A stretch of DNA of 64,000 nt from Spirochaetia bacterium (GTDB lineage: Bacteria; Spirochaetota; Spirochaetia; SZUA-6; Bin103), in NCBI GenBank assembly GCA_965198005.1, contig CBDAOI010000004.1, positions 1,408,001 through 1,472,000 on the forward strand. Direction: 5' to 3'. Both the position numbers and the translations under genes were made by a program. Below are positions 42,275 through 51,600 of the stretch, piece by piece (the stretch's first letter is position 1; every line of letters begins with the position of its first letter). The notes below the pieces were generated by a model. It was not told the DNA's origin. It saw nothing but the letters and a program-made list of their open reading frames with translations, and searched no databases.

Positions 42275-42329
42275 CGCGGCCCCGAGGTCAAGCAGGCGCA
42301 AGCGGCGGGTGCGGACGTGCGCGCCTGGC

Positions 42330-42761
42330 TCAGTAACTGTAAGCGTCGACTTCAGCCTGACCGCCCGCTTCGACCGCTACGAATACGCGGTTGGGAAGGC
42401 AGGCTATCCACTGGCCGGGGCGCGCTACCCGGCCGGTCTTGACACAGATCTGGTTCTTGCACGGGGCGGATTCGATCGCGACGCTGCCACCCGCCACGAC
42501 CACGCGATTGACGCCGAGCGGGCCGGTCACCTCGACTACCTGGTCGATCTCGGGACGCAACAGCCAGGTAGCATCGGCCGCAGTGACGCGGAAGATGGGA
42601 CGTCCGCGCCTGGCACTCAACACCCAGCGGGTGATGGCCGCCGCCACTCCCACTGAAATGACCACGGCCACGATGTCCAGCGCCCGCAGCGGCAACCAGC
42701 GCAGAAACCGGCGGCGGCCGGGATCGGGCGCCCGGTCGCTGCTGCCGTTGCCGTTGCTCAC
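42330..42761 (-). CDS. NusG domain II-containing (DUF1312-like) membrane protein
   Basis: C-terminal part of ORF 42330-45065: TM helix, GPLGVN, PCKNQICV, IACLPNRV. Confidence 0.8.
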   Translation of the reverse strand: MSNGNGSSDRAPDPGRRRFLRWLPLRALDIVAVVISVGVAAAITRWVLSARRGRPIFRVTAADATWLLRPEIDQVVEVTGPLGVNRVVVAGGSVAIESAPCKNQICVKTGRVARPGQWIACLPNRVFVAVEAGGQAEVDAYSY

Positions 42762-42884
42762 GGTGCGATTGTACCGGGAAGGGGAGGGGGCCGCACCTAT
42801 CGAGCCGGCCCTTGAGGAACGCAAGGTCCGATTCCACGGTGGCGCTGGTTGACGCCGGGGACGGCTAAGCGTATCCATCTTGAC

Positions 42885-43376
42885 GTGGGCGTATACACAC
42901 CTATCGTGGGGACCCTGGGCTACGTGGTCTCGCCGGATCGTACCCGGGTACTGCTGATTCACCGCAACGCGCGCCGGCACGACGATCATCTCGGCAAGTA
43001 CAACGGCCTGGGCGGCAAGATGGAACCGCGGGAGGACGTCGCGACCTGCATGCGGCGGGAGATTCGCGAGGAGGCGGGAATCGAGTGCCGGGAGATGCGG
43101 CTGCGCGGCACCATAAACTGGACCGGTTTCGGTCCGCGCGGCGAGGACTGGCTCGGGTTCATCTTTCGGATCGACAGCTTCGACGGCGAGCCCGCGGCCA
43201 GCAACCAGGAGGGCGACCTGGAGTGGCATGCAATCGACCGGATCACGGAGCTGCCGCTCTGGGAGGGGGATCGTTACTTCCTGTCCATGGTGTTCGACGA
43301 CGACCCGCGTCCGTTTCATGGCTACATGCCGTACGCCAATGATCGTCCCCTGGCTTGGCGGTGCGTGCGGCTGTAA
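42885..43376 (+). CDS. Nudix hydrolase (MutT/8-oxo-dGTPase-like)
   Basis: Nudix box GGKMEPREDVATCMRREIREEAG; EGDLEW; LWEGDRYF. Confidence 0.9.
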   Translation: MGVYTPIVGTLGYVVSPDRTRVLLIHRNARRHDDHLGKYNGLGGKMEPREDVATCMRREIREEAGIECREMRLRGTINWTGFGPRGEDWLGFIFRIDSFDGEPAASNQEGDLEWHAIDRITELPLWEGDRYFLSMVFDDDPRPFHGYMPYANDRPLAWRCVRL

Positions 43377-43390
43377 TTCCGGTCGCGGCG

Positions 43391-44722
43391 TCAGCGCCGC
43401 TCCTCGGGGATCAGGCCGCGCGGAGCGAATCGCAGGACCAGCAGCAGGACCAGCCCCATGACGACCGGGCGCATGTGGGCGGCGGTGGACAGGAGATGGG
43501 TCCGGAGCGGGCTTTCCGGAGACAGGGGAGCCGTGACCAGCTCCATAAGCTGCAGGCCGACCGGCTCTGCCTGAATCCACACGTACCAGACCAGGAAGCC
43601 GCCGAGCACGGCGCCCCAGTTGTTGCCCGAGCCGCCCACGATCACCATCACCCAGATGAGAAAGGTGAAGCGCATCGGCTGGTATGAGGCGGGCGTGAAC
43701 TGGCCGTCGAGCGTGGTCAGCATGGCGCCGGCGATGCCGATCACCGCCGAGCCGAGCACGAACACCTGCAGATGGCGGGCGGTGACGTCCTTGCCCATCG
43801 CGCGCGCCGCGGTCTCGTTGTCTCGGACGGCGCGCATCATGCGGCCCCACGGCGAGCGCAGCGCGGTCTCCGACAGCCAGGTCAGAATCACCAGCACGAT
43901 CAGGAACAGGCCCGCGTAGCACAGCTTCACGACGATCGAGGACAGATCCACGTGCGACACGCCGAGCGCCGCGGCCCACTCCTGGAACCACACGGCATTC
44001 TGGAGATCGATCTCGTACGGGACCGGCCGCGGCAGTCCATTGACGTTCTTGACCCCGCGCGTCAGCCACTCCTCGTACTTGAGGAATGCGACGATGATCT
44101 CGGAGATGCCCAGGGTGGCGATCGCGAGATAGTCGGATCGGAGGCTGAGACTGATCTTGCAGACCCAGGCTGCGGCAGCGGCGAACGCGCCGCCCACCAG
44201 CCAGGAAAGCACGATGGGAAGGCCGAGCCCGCCGAGATAGCCGGTGGTGGTGGGATCGACCGCTTCGATGGCCCGCACCGCCGGCGCGAACACCGCGCGG
44301 GCGGCCAGCGCGCCGCCGATCAGCACGCACGCCACCGCCAGCCGCCGGTGCGACGGCTTGGCGAAACGGCGGCGGGCCAACAGCACGGCGAGCACGGTGA
44401 GCGCCGCCAGCGCCAGCGCCACCAGCACGCCGGCGCCGCCGGCGCGCCAGGCGGCGGTCACCGGCGGCATCGAGACCAGGACGCCGGCCAGCCCGCCAAG
44501 CGCGGCGAAGCCCATCACGCCGGCGTTGAACAGGCCGGCGTAGCCCCACTGGATGTTGACGCCGAGCGTCATGACGGCCGAGATCAGACACAGGTTGACA
44601 ATCGCCAGCGCCAGCGACCAGCTCTGCACCAGGCCCACCAAGCCCACCAGGGCCGCCATGGCCGCGAACAGGATCGGCTTGCGCGGGACCCGTGCCAGCG
44701 CCGGGCGCAACCGGTCGCTCAC
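43391..44722 (-). CDS. livM: Branched-chain amino acid-type ABC permease (LivM-like)
   Basis: NIQWGYAGLFNAG, DYLAIATLG, SPWGRMMRAVRDNE. Confidence 0.88.
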   Translation of the reverse strand: MSDRLRPALARVPRKPILFAAMAALVGLVGLVQSWSLALAIVNLCLISAVMTLGVNIQWGYAGLFNAGVMGFAALGGLAGVLVSMPPVTAAWRAGGAGVLVALALAALTVLAVLLARRRFAKPSHRRLAVACVLIGGALAARAVFAPAVRAIEAVDPTTTGYLGGLGLPIVLSWLVGGAFAAAAAWVCKISLSLRSDYLAIATLGISEIIVAFLKYEEWLTRGVKNVNGLPRPVPYEIDLQNAVWFQEWAAALGVSHVDLSSIVVKLCYAGLFLIVLVILTWLSETALRSPWGRMMRAVRDNETAARAMGKDVTARHLQVFVLGSAVIGIAGAMLTTLDGQFTPASYQPMRFTFLIWVMVIVGGSGNNWGAVLGGFLVWYVWIQAEPVGLQLMELVTAPLSPESPLRTHLLSTAAHMRPVVMGLVLLLVLRFAPRGLIPEERR

Positions 44723-45732
44723 GTGGACCTGCCGCCGAAGATGCCGGTGGGCTTAACCAGCAGCACCACCACCAGGATGCCGAACGAGACGGCGAACTTG
44801 TAGTCGGTGGAGAGCAACTGGACCAGGCCTTCCGGTCGCCAGCCTTCCGGTCCCAGATAGCCCAGGAACTTCTTGTAGGGGTAGGTGAGCAGCACCTCCG
44901 AGAATGCCACCACGAAGCCGCCCGTGATGGCGCCGAGCGGACTGCCCAGGCCGCCGACGATGGCGGCGGCGAAGATCGGCAGCAGCAGCGACAGATAGAC
45001 GAACGGCTTGAAGCTCTTGTCCAACCCGTACAGCGTTCCCGCCACCGCCGCGAGCGCGCCCACAATCAGCCAGGTGACCGCCACCAACCGTTCCGGGTTG
45101 ATGCCGGACAGCAGTGCCAAGTCCTCGTTGTCGGCGTAGGCGCGCATCGACTTGCCGGTCCGCGTCCTGCCGAGGAACCAGAACAGCCAGAGCACCAGGA
45201 TCGCCGTCACCACGACGGTGATCGTCTGCGTGGTCTTGATCGCCAGTCCCTCGGCGAGCCCGGTGGCGGCCTTGAACTGGCGGACGCTGACGACGAACCG
45301 CGTGCCGTCGGTGAACACTTGGTCGTCCGGGCCGATCACGAACCGGATGACCCCGCTGACCACGAACATGATGCCCACCGACGCGACCAGCAGGATGACG
45401 GGCGCCGCTTTCTTGCGCCGGTAGAATCGGTACACCCAGCGATCGGTGAGCAGGCACAAGCCGCTGCTGGCCACGATCCCGGCGGGGAGCGCCAGCAACG
45501 CCGTCGGCAGGGGGCCGATGCCGATCTCCCAGGCCTGCAGCAGCCAGGTGGCCAGGATCGTGACCATGGTGCCGAACGCCATGGTCTCGCCGTGAGCGAA
45601 GTTGGAGAAGCCCAGGACGCCGTATACCAAGGTGACTCCCAGGGCGCCGAGCGCAAGCTGGCAGCCGTACGCGGTGGCGGGAATGAGCACGAAGTTGGCC
45701 AGCAGCACGATCGCATTGACGACGTCGGTCAA
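44719..45732 (-). CDS. livH: Branched-chain amino acid-type ABC permease (LivH-like)
   Basis: GVTLVYGVLGFSNFAHGE, GKSMRA, IVGGLGS. Confidence 0.88.
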   Translation of the reverse strand: MTDVVNAIVLLANFVLIPATAYGCQLALGALGVTLVYGVLGFSNFAHGETMAFGTMVTILATWLLQAWEIGIGPLPTALLALPAGIVASSGLCLLTDRWVYRFYRRKKAAPVILLVASVGIMFVVSGVIRFVIGPDDQVFTDGTRFVVSVRQFKAATGLAEGLAIKTTQTITVVVTAILVLWLFWFLGRTRTGKSMRAYADNEDLALLSGINPERLVAVTWLIVGALAAVAGTLYGLDKSFKPFVYLSLLLPIFAAAIVGGLGSPLGAITGGFVVAFSEVLLTYPYKKFLGYLGPEGWRPEGLVQLLSTDYKFAVSFGILVVVLLVKPTGIFGGRST

Positions 45733-45735
45733 CGA

Positions 45736-46440
45736 TCAGCCTCCCAGAAAGGAGCGGCGAATCTCGGGGTTCGCCAGCAGCTCGGACCCCGCCCCGGTAT
45801 GGCGGTTGCGGCCCTGCACCAGCACGAATCCGGTGTCGGCAAGCTCCAGGGCCTGGCGGGCGTTCTGTTCCACGATGAGGACGGCGACGCCGCCCTGCGC
45901 GATGTCGACGATGCGTTCGAACAGCTCACGGGTCACGATCGGCGACACGCCGGCGGTGGGCTCGTCCAGCATCAGCACCCGCGGCCGGTTCATCAGCGCG
46001 CGCCCGATGGCCACCTGCTGCCGCTGGCCGCCGGACAGCTCGCCCGCCGCCTGCCGCCGCTTTTCCCGCAGCACCGGGAACAGGTGATAGACGTCGTTCA
46101 GGGTGCCGGCGATGTCGTCGTCGCGGATGAACGCCCCCATCTCCAGGTTCTCCTGCACGGTCATCGAGCGGAACACGTTCTCGGTCTGCGGCACGAAGCC
46201 CATGCCCTTGCGGGCGCGCGCCTGGGGAGCCAGCGAGGTGATCTCCTCGCCGTCCAGGTGCACGCTGCCGGCGCGCACCTGCAGCAGCCCGAACAGCGCC
46301 TTCATGGCGGTCGACTTGCCGGCTCCGTTGGGTCCCACCACCACGGCGATCTCGCCTGCGTCCACGGCGACCGAACAGCCGCGCAGAATGTCGGGGCCGC
46401 CGTAGCCCCCGGTCAGCGCCTCGCCCACCAGCAGGCTCAG
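45736..46440 (-). CDS. livF: ABC ATP-binding protein (LivF-like)
   Basis: GPNGAGKST, LSGGQRQ, LDEPT, VEQN. Probable CTG start overlapping the livG TGA. Confidence 0.88.
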   Translation of the reverse strand: MSLLVGEALTGGYGGPDILRGCSVAVDAGEIAVVVGPNGAGKSTAMKALFGLLQVRAGSVHLDGEEITSLAPQARARKGMGFVPQTENVFRSMTVQENLEMGAFIRDDDIAGTLNDVYHLFPVLREKRRQAAGELSGGQRQQVAIGRALMNRPRVLMLDEPTAGVSPIVTRELFERIVDIAQGGVAVLIVEQNARQALELADTGFVLVQGRNRHTGAGSELLANPEIRRSFLGG

Positions 46441-47219
46441 GAGGTCCGCCCTTTCCGAGTCACGTGCCCGGAGCCGAGATAGGCCTCGACCACCCGTTCG
46501 TCGGCCTGGATCACCGGCGCCGAGCCCTGCGTCAGCACCTTCCCTTCCACCATCACGATAACCGGATCGCACAGCAGGGAGATCAGCTCCATGTTGTGCT
46601 CGATGATGCAGAAGGTGTACCCGCGATGCAGGTTGAGACGCAGGATGGCGCCGGCTATCTCCCTGAGCAGGGTCCGGTTGACGCCGGCGCCGACTTCGTC
46701 GAGCAGGACCACGCGCGGCTCCGCCATCATGGTGCGGCCGAGCTCGACCAGCTTCTTCTGCCCGCCCGACAGGTTGCCGGCCCGTTCCTCCGCCACGGCG
46801 TCCAGCTTCAGGAACTCGATCACCTCGTCGGCCTTGGCGCGCAGCGCGGCCTCTTCGGTTCGGATCTTGCCGGGCCGCAGCCACACGTTGGGCAGACGCT
46901 CGCCGGACTGGCCGCCCGGCACGGTCATGAGGTTCTCCCTGACCGTCAGCGTCGAGAACTCGTGCGCGATCTGGAACGTGCGCAGCACCCCCTTGGCGAA
47001 CAGCTCGTGCGGCGGTAGTCCGGTGATCTCCTCGCCGTCCAGATACACGCGGCCGGAGGTTGGCCGGTGCATGCCGGCGATGACGTTGAACAGGGTCGTC
47101 TTGCCGGCGCCGTTGGGCCCGATCAGGCCGGTGATGGCGCCGCTCTCGATGGTGAGCGACGCGCCGTCGACGGCCCGGATGCCGCCGAAGCGCATGTGCA
47201 GATCCTGGATCGCGATCAT
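46437..47219 (-). CDS. livG: ABC ATP-binding protein (LivG-like)
   Basis: FGGIRAV, GPNGAGKTT, RTFQ, IEHNM, VVEAYLG. Confidence 0.9.
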   Translation of the reverse strand: MIAIQDLHMRFGGIRAVDGASLTIESGAITGLIGPNGAGKTTLFNVIAGMHRPTSGRVYLDGEEITGLPPHELFAKGVLRTFQIAHEFSTLTVRENLMTVPGGQSGERLPNVWLRPGKIRTEEAALRAKADEVIEFLKLDAVAEERAGNLSGGQKKLVELGRTMMAEPRVVLLDEVGAGVNRTLLREIAGAILRLNLHRGYTFCIIEHNMELISLLCDPVIVMVEGKVLTQGSAPVIQADERVVEAYLGSGHVTRKGRTS

Positions 47220-47245
47220 CCGGTCAGCGACGTGCTGGGCCGGCG

Positions 47246-47281
47246 CATGAGCGGGAGCAGGCGGACCAGCTCCCGCTCATG
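47246..47281. promoter_or_regulatory. Intercistronic hairpin after the SBP gene
   Basis: CATGAGCGGGAGC / GCTCCCGCTCATG perfect 13-bp stem, no U tract. Confidence 0.55.
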
Positions 47282-47292
47282 GCCGAAGCTGA

Positions 47293-48465
47293 TCAGCGGA
47301 AGCGGACGGTTACGAACTTGCCGTCCTCGACCGCCATCTGCCGGTAGTTGCCGGCGCTCTCGCCTGCTCCGACCAGCTCCACCGCCGACGCGCCGACATA
47401 GTCGACCTCGCCGCCGTCCGCGAGGATGCGAAGCCCCTTGGCCAGCTCACCCGGATAGATCTTCTCGCCGGGCGCGTTGGCGACCGCCATGACGTGGTCC
47501 TTGAACGCGCCGCTGTCGACCGATCCCGCGGCCTGCATGGCCAGCACGATCAGGGCGACCGCGTCGTACGACTCACTCACGAACGGCCCTGCCGCCATGC
47601 CGAGCATCTCGTCGAGCTTCGCGGCGCCAGGACTGTCGGTCCCGGGGACCGTTCCGATGGAACCGTCGAGGTCCGGCCCGATCGCCTCCACCAAGCTGTC
47701 GCCGATCATGCCGTCGGGGAGAAAGAACTGGTCGAAGGCGCCCGAATCGAGCGACGCCTGGATGATCCCCTTGCCGCCCTGGTCGAGGTAGCCGGCCACG
47801 ATCAGGATGTCGCCGCCCACCGCCGCCAGCGCGGCGACCTCGGCGCTGTAGTCGCCCTTGCCGTCCTCATGCGGCGTGGAGATGGTGATTGTCCCCCCGC
47901 GCATCTTGACGTTGGCCGCGATGCTGTCCGCCAATCCCTTGCCGTAGTCGTTGTTGGTGTAGGTCATGGCCGCCTCCCGGATGTTCATCTCCTGCAGGAT
48001 GTCGGCCACTACCTCGCCCTGCCGGGCATCCGACGGCGCGGTCCGGAAGAACAGCCCGTCGTCTTCGAGCGTCGACAGGGCCGGCGAGGTGGCGGACGGG
48101 GAGATCATCACGATGCCGTTGGGCTTGGCCACTTGTTGCAGCATGGCGATGGTCACGCCCGAGCAATCGCCACCGACGATGGCGTCGACCCGGTCCGCGG
48201 TTACCAGCCGCTCGGCCGCCGCGACCGCGGCGGCCGAGTCGATGCAGGTCGTGTCCCCGCGTACGGAGACGACCTGCCGGCCGCCGAGCAGCGCGCCACT
48301 GTCGCTGACCTCCTCGATCGCCATTTCCGCGCCATCTGCCATGGGCCCCACCAACGACTCGATCGGGCCGGTATAGCCGAGCAGCACTCCCAGCTTGACA
48401 TCCTCCGCGAACGCTGCGCCAAGCGGCAGCAGCATCATCAACACGACTGCAACAACACGTTTCAT
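47293..48465 (-). CDS. Branched-chain amino acid-type ABC substrate-binding protein
   Basis: Signal peptide, MISPSATSPALS, FFRTAPSDARQG, NNDYGKG; AGGAGG SD before ATG 48465. Confidence 0.9.
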   Translation of the reverse strand: MKRVVAVVLMMLLPLGAAFAEDVKLGVLLGYTGPIESLVGPMADGAEMAIEEVSDSGALLGGRQVVSVRGDTTCIDSAAAVAAAERLVTADRVDAIVGGDCSGVTIAMLQQVAKPNGIVMISPSATSPALSTLEDDGLFFRTAPSDARQGEVVADILQEMNIREAAMTYTNNDYGKGLADSIAANVKMRGGTITISTPHEDGKGDYSAEVAALAAVGGDILIVAGYLDQGGKGIIQASLDSGAFDQFFLPDGMIGDSLVEAIGPDLDGSIGTVPGTDSPGAAKLDEMLGMAAGPFVSESYDAVALIVLAMQAAGSVDSGAFKDHVMAVANAPGEKIYPGELAKGLRILADGGEVDYVGASAVELVGAGESAGNYRQMAVEDGKFVTVRFR

Positions 48466-48598
48466 CGCATCCCTCCTATGCAGTTGGGGCCGAAGGGAGT
48501 GACTAAAGGTCCTCCCCTCGGTCGTTGCCAAGACTATAGACTCGCTAGTCGAACACGTCAAACCGTTCAGCCATGTCAGTGCGGCATGATCCCGGCAC

Positions 48599-48633
48599 AA
48601 TGAAAGGGAGCCTGTCGATTACGACAGGCTCCC
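48599..48633 (-). terminator. Intrinsic terminator of the giant lipoprotein gene
   Basis: GGGAGCCTGTCG-atta-CGACAGGCTCCC perfect 12-bp stem followed by TTTCATT on the minus strand. Confidence 0.75.
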
Positions 48634-48675
48634 CGTAATGCTATCGCTACCGCGTCAGCGGCACTCGCCACTCGC

Positions 48676-51600
48676 TCAGCGCGAGTACACGTACAGATCG
48701 GTGAACTCGACCGGTCCGCCGAGGGCGCGCAACGCGATGGTGTCAGGAGCCCGCTCCGCCGGATCGGACGTGACCCGAACCTTGAACTGCTCCATTCCGT
48801 CCACCATGAGGGTGATCGAACCGTAGCACACGCTCACCCCTTCGGGACAACCGTCGGGATTGTAGAGCGCCTCCAGCGTCACACCGTCGTCGAGCGGCCG
48901 CGCAACGTTCCTGCTCTTCAGCCACACCAAGCGGTTGCCGTCGAGCGATTCGTAGAGCTGGGCCTGGGTCTCGTCGGTCCCGTAGAAGTTCTCCTCCTGC
49001 GTGATCCACATGAGGTAGGAGCGCCCGTAGTTCCAGGTGTTTCCGGACTGTGGCGTCCCGGAGGCGAGGAAGTGCAGACCCAAGCCTACCTTCTCGTTGC
49101 CACTGGTGCGCCCGGCGACGCCGTACAGCGTTGCGACCGCGGGTTGCGCCACGTTCATCAACGCCCACTTGGCATGGCTGGTGTCGGCGTCGGTCTGACT
49201 CACGGAGTCCGCACCGCTCGTCCATGCTCCCTCGCCAGACAGCGCGTCGCCGTCGGCGAAACCGCTGACGACGCGGTTGCCGGAACTCAGCAGATCGTCC
49301 CGCATCAATTCCGCGGCGGTTCTGACCGGGTGCCCCTGTTCTTCCGTGGAGACCACGATCGCGCCGTCGTGCGTAATCTTCAGGGAGACGGCGTAGGCAG
49401 TGCCGCGAATCCCCACGTTGGAGATAACCAACGTGTCGGGTCCCACCACTTCCAGCGCGGGCGCCGACAGATCCATGTCCGGGATCGCACCGACGCCGTT
49501 GCCGAACAACGCCTCCGCTACACCCTGGTTGTCGCCGGCGTAGCGCAGCCGTGCCGAGAATTCCTGGTCACCGTACTTGATTCCCGAGATATAGATGGAA
49601 TCGGGCCCGGCGATAGAGACCTCGGCATCGTCCAGATTCAGCAGGTTCGGATCGATTCCGGTTGGTACCTGTACGCGGGCTTCAAGGTCCTCCATCATCG
49701 CCATGAGCATGGCTTTCGCGTCAACCGCTTCCGCCACCGCGACGCGCGCGGCGTCGGCGGATGCCTCGGCATCGCTCATCGCCGCGGCGGCCGCAGCAAG
49801 AGCATCCCCCACCGCGGCGTTGGCGGCCGCCACGGCCGTGTCGGCCGCGGTCTGGGCCAATTCGGCCGCGGTCGGGGGCAGGGTTACCTGTTGCATCCCG
49901 ACCAGTTCCAGCCGGTTGTCACCGACGTAGCGCAACTGCCCGGAGTAACCTTGGCCGCCCAACTCGACGAAGGAGATGTTCAGCACGTCGGGCGCCTCGA
50001 ACGAAAGCTCGGTCCGCGCCAAGTTCAGCGAATCGGGAATCAGCGTCCCGTTCGGGCCGAACACCTGCTCGACCGTCGCCGTCGTTCCACCGCGGTACCG
50101 CAGCAGAGCGGAGTAGCTCTGCCCGTCGTACATGATGGACGAGACGTAGATCGAATCGGGTCCGGCCACGGAGGCCTGAGCCGAGTCGAGGCTGAGCAGG
50201 CTGGGATCGAGCTGATCGGCGGACACCATCAGCGCGGACGGTTGATGCGCCTCCGCCATCATCATGTCGACCTTGTCCCGTGCCTCCATGGCAGCGGCTT
50301 CGGCCGCGGCCGTCGCGGCCTGGGCCTCGGCTACCGCGGCATCGGCCGCGGCCTGGGCGTCAGCCACCGCCGCATTCGCCGCCGCTTGCGCATCCGCAAC
50401 CGTCGCGTCCGCCGCCGCCGCGGCATCGGCTACCGCAGCTTCCGCCGCCGCTTGCGCATCCGCAACCGCTGCGTCCGCCGCCGCCTGCGCGTCGGCTACG
50501 GCAGCCTCTGCTGCGGCCGCGGCCTGCTCGGCTGCGGTCGGCGGCAGCGTTATCCGCTGAATCCCGACCACCTCCAACCGGTTGCCACCGGCGTAGCGGA
50601 GCTGCCCGGAGTAGCCCTGGCCACCCACTTCCACGTTGGAGATGTCCAGCATGTCGGGCGCCACGAACGCCAGCTCGGTCTGCGACAGGCCGACCGAATC
50701 GGGAATCAGTTTCCCGCTCGGCCCGAACACCGCCTCGACCGTGGCCGTGGTACCGCCGCGGTACCGCAGCAGGGCGGAGTAGCTCTGTCCGTCGTACATG
50801 ATCGAAGAGACGTAGATCGAATCGGGTCCGGCCAGGGACACCTGAACCGAGTCGAGGCTCACCAGGCTGGGATCGAGCTGATCGGCGGACACCATCACCG
50901 CGGACGGTTGATGCGCCTCCGCCATCATCATGTCGACCTTGTCCTGCGCCTCCATCGCCGCCGCTTCGGCATCGGCTACCGCGGCATCGGCCGCCGCCTG
51001 TGCCTCGGCTACGTGCGCATCGGCCGCCGCCTGAGCGTCGGCTACGTGCGCAGCGGCCGCCGCCTGCGCTTCGGCCGCTGCGGCGTCGGCCGCGGTCTGT
51101 GCCTCGGCAACCGCTGCGTCCGCCGCCGCCTGTGCCTCGGCAATCGCGGCGTCGGCGGCAGCTTCGGCGGCTGCCACCTGCTCGGCTGCGGTCGGCGGCA
51201 GCGTTATCCGCTGAATCCCGACCACCTCCAACCGGTTGCCACCGGCGTAGCGGAGCTGCCCGGAGTAGCCCTGGCCACCCACTTCCACGTTGGAGATGTC
51301 CAGCATGTCCGGCGCCACGAACGCCAGCTCGGTCTGCGACAGGCCGACCGAATCGGGAATCAGCTTCCCGCTCGGCCCGAACACCGCCTCGACCGTGGCC
51401 GTGGTACCGCCGCGGTAGCGCAGCAGGGCGGAGTAGCTCTGTCCGTCGTACATGATCGAAGAGACGTAGATCGAATCGGGTCCGGCCAGGGACACCTGAA
51501 CCGAGTCGAGGCTCACCAGGCTGGGATCGAGCTGATCGGCGGACACCATCACCGCGGACGGTTGATGCGCCTCCGCCATCATCATGTCGACCTTGTCCTG

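Noticed and set aside
42243-42275. 9-bp GGCATCGTA repeats at the manC 5' end as a phase-variation switch
   Set aside because: The unit is a multiple of 3 with only about three copies, so slippage would not change frame.
42762-45065. 911-aa ORF 42330-45065 as a single gene
   Set aside because: The upstream part overlaps livH/livM and the Nudix gene in other frames; only the last ~143 codons look like a real protein.
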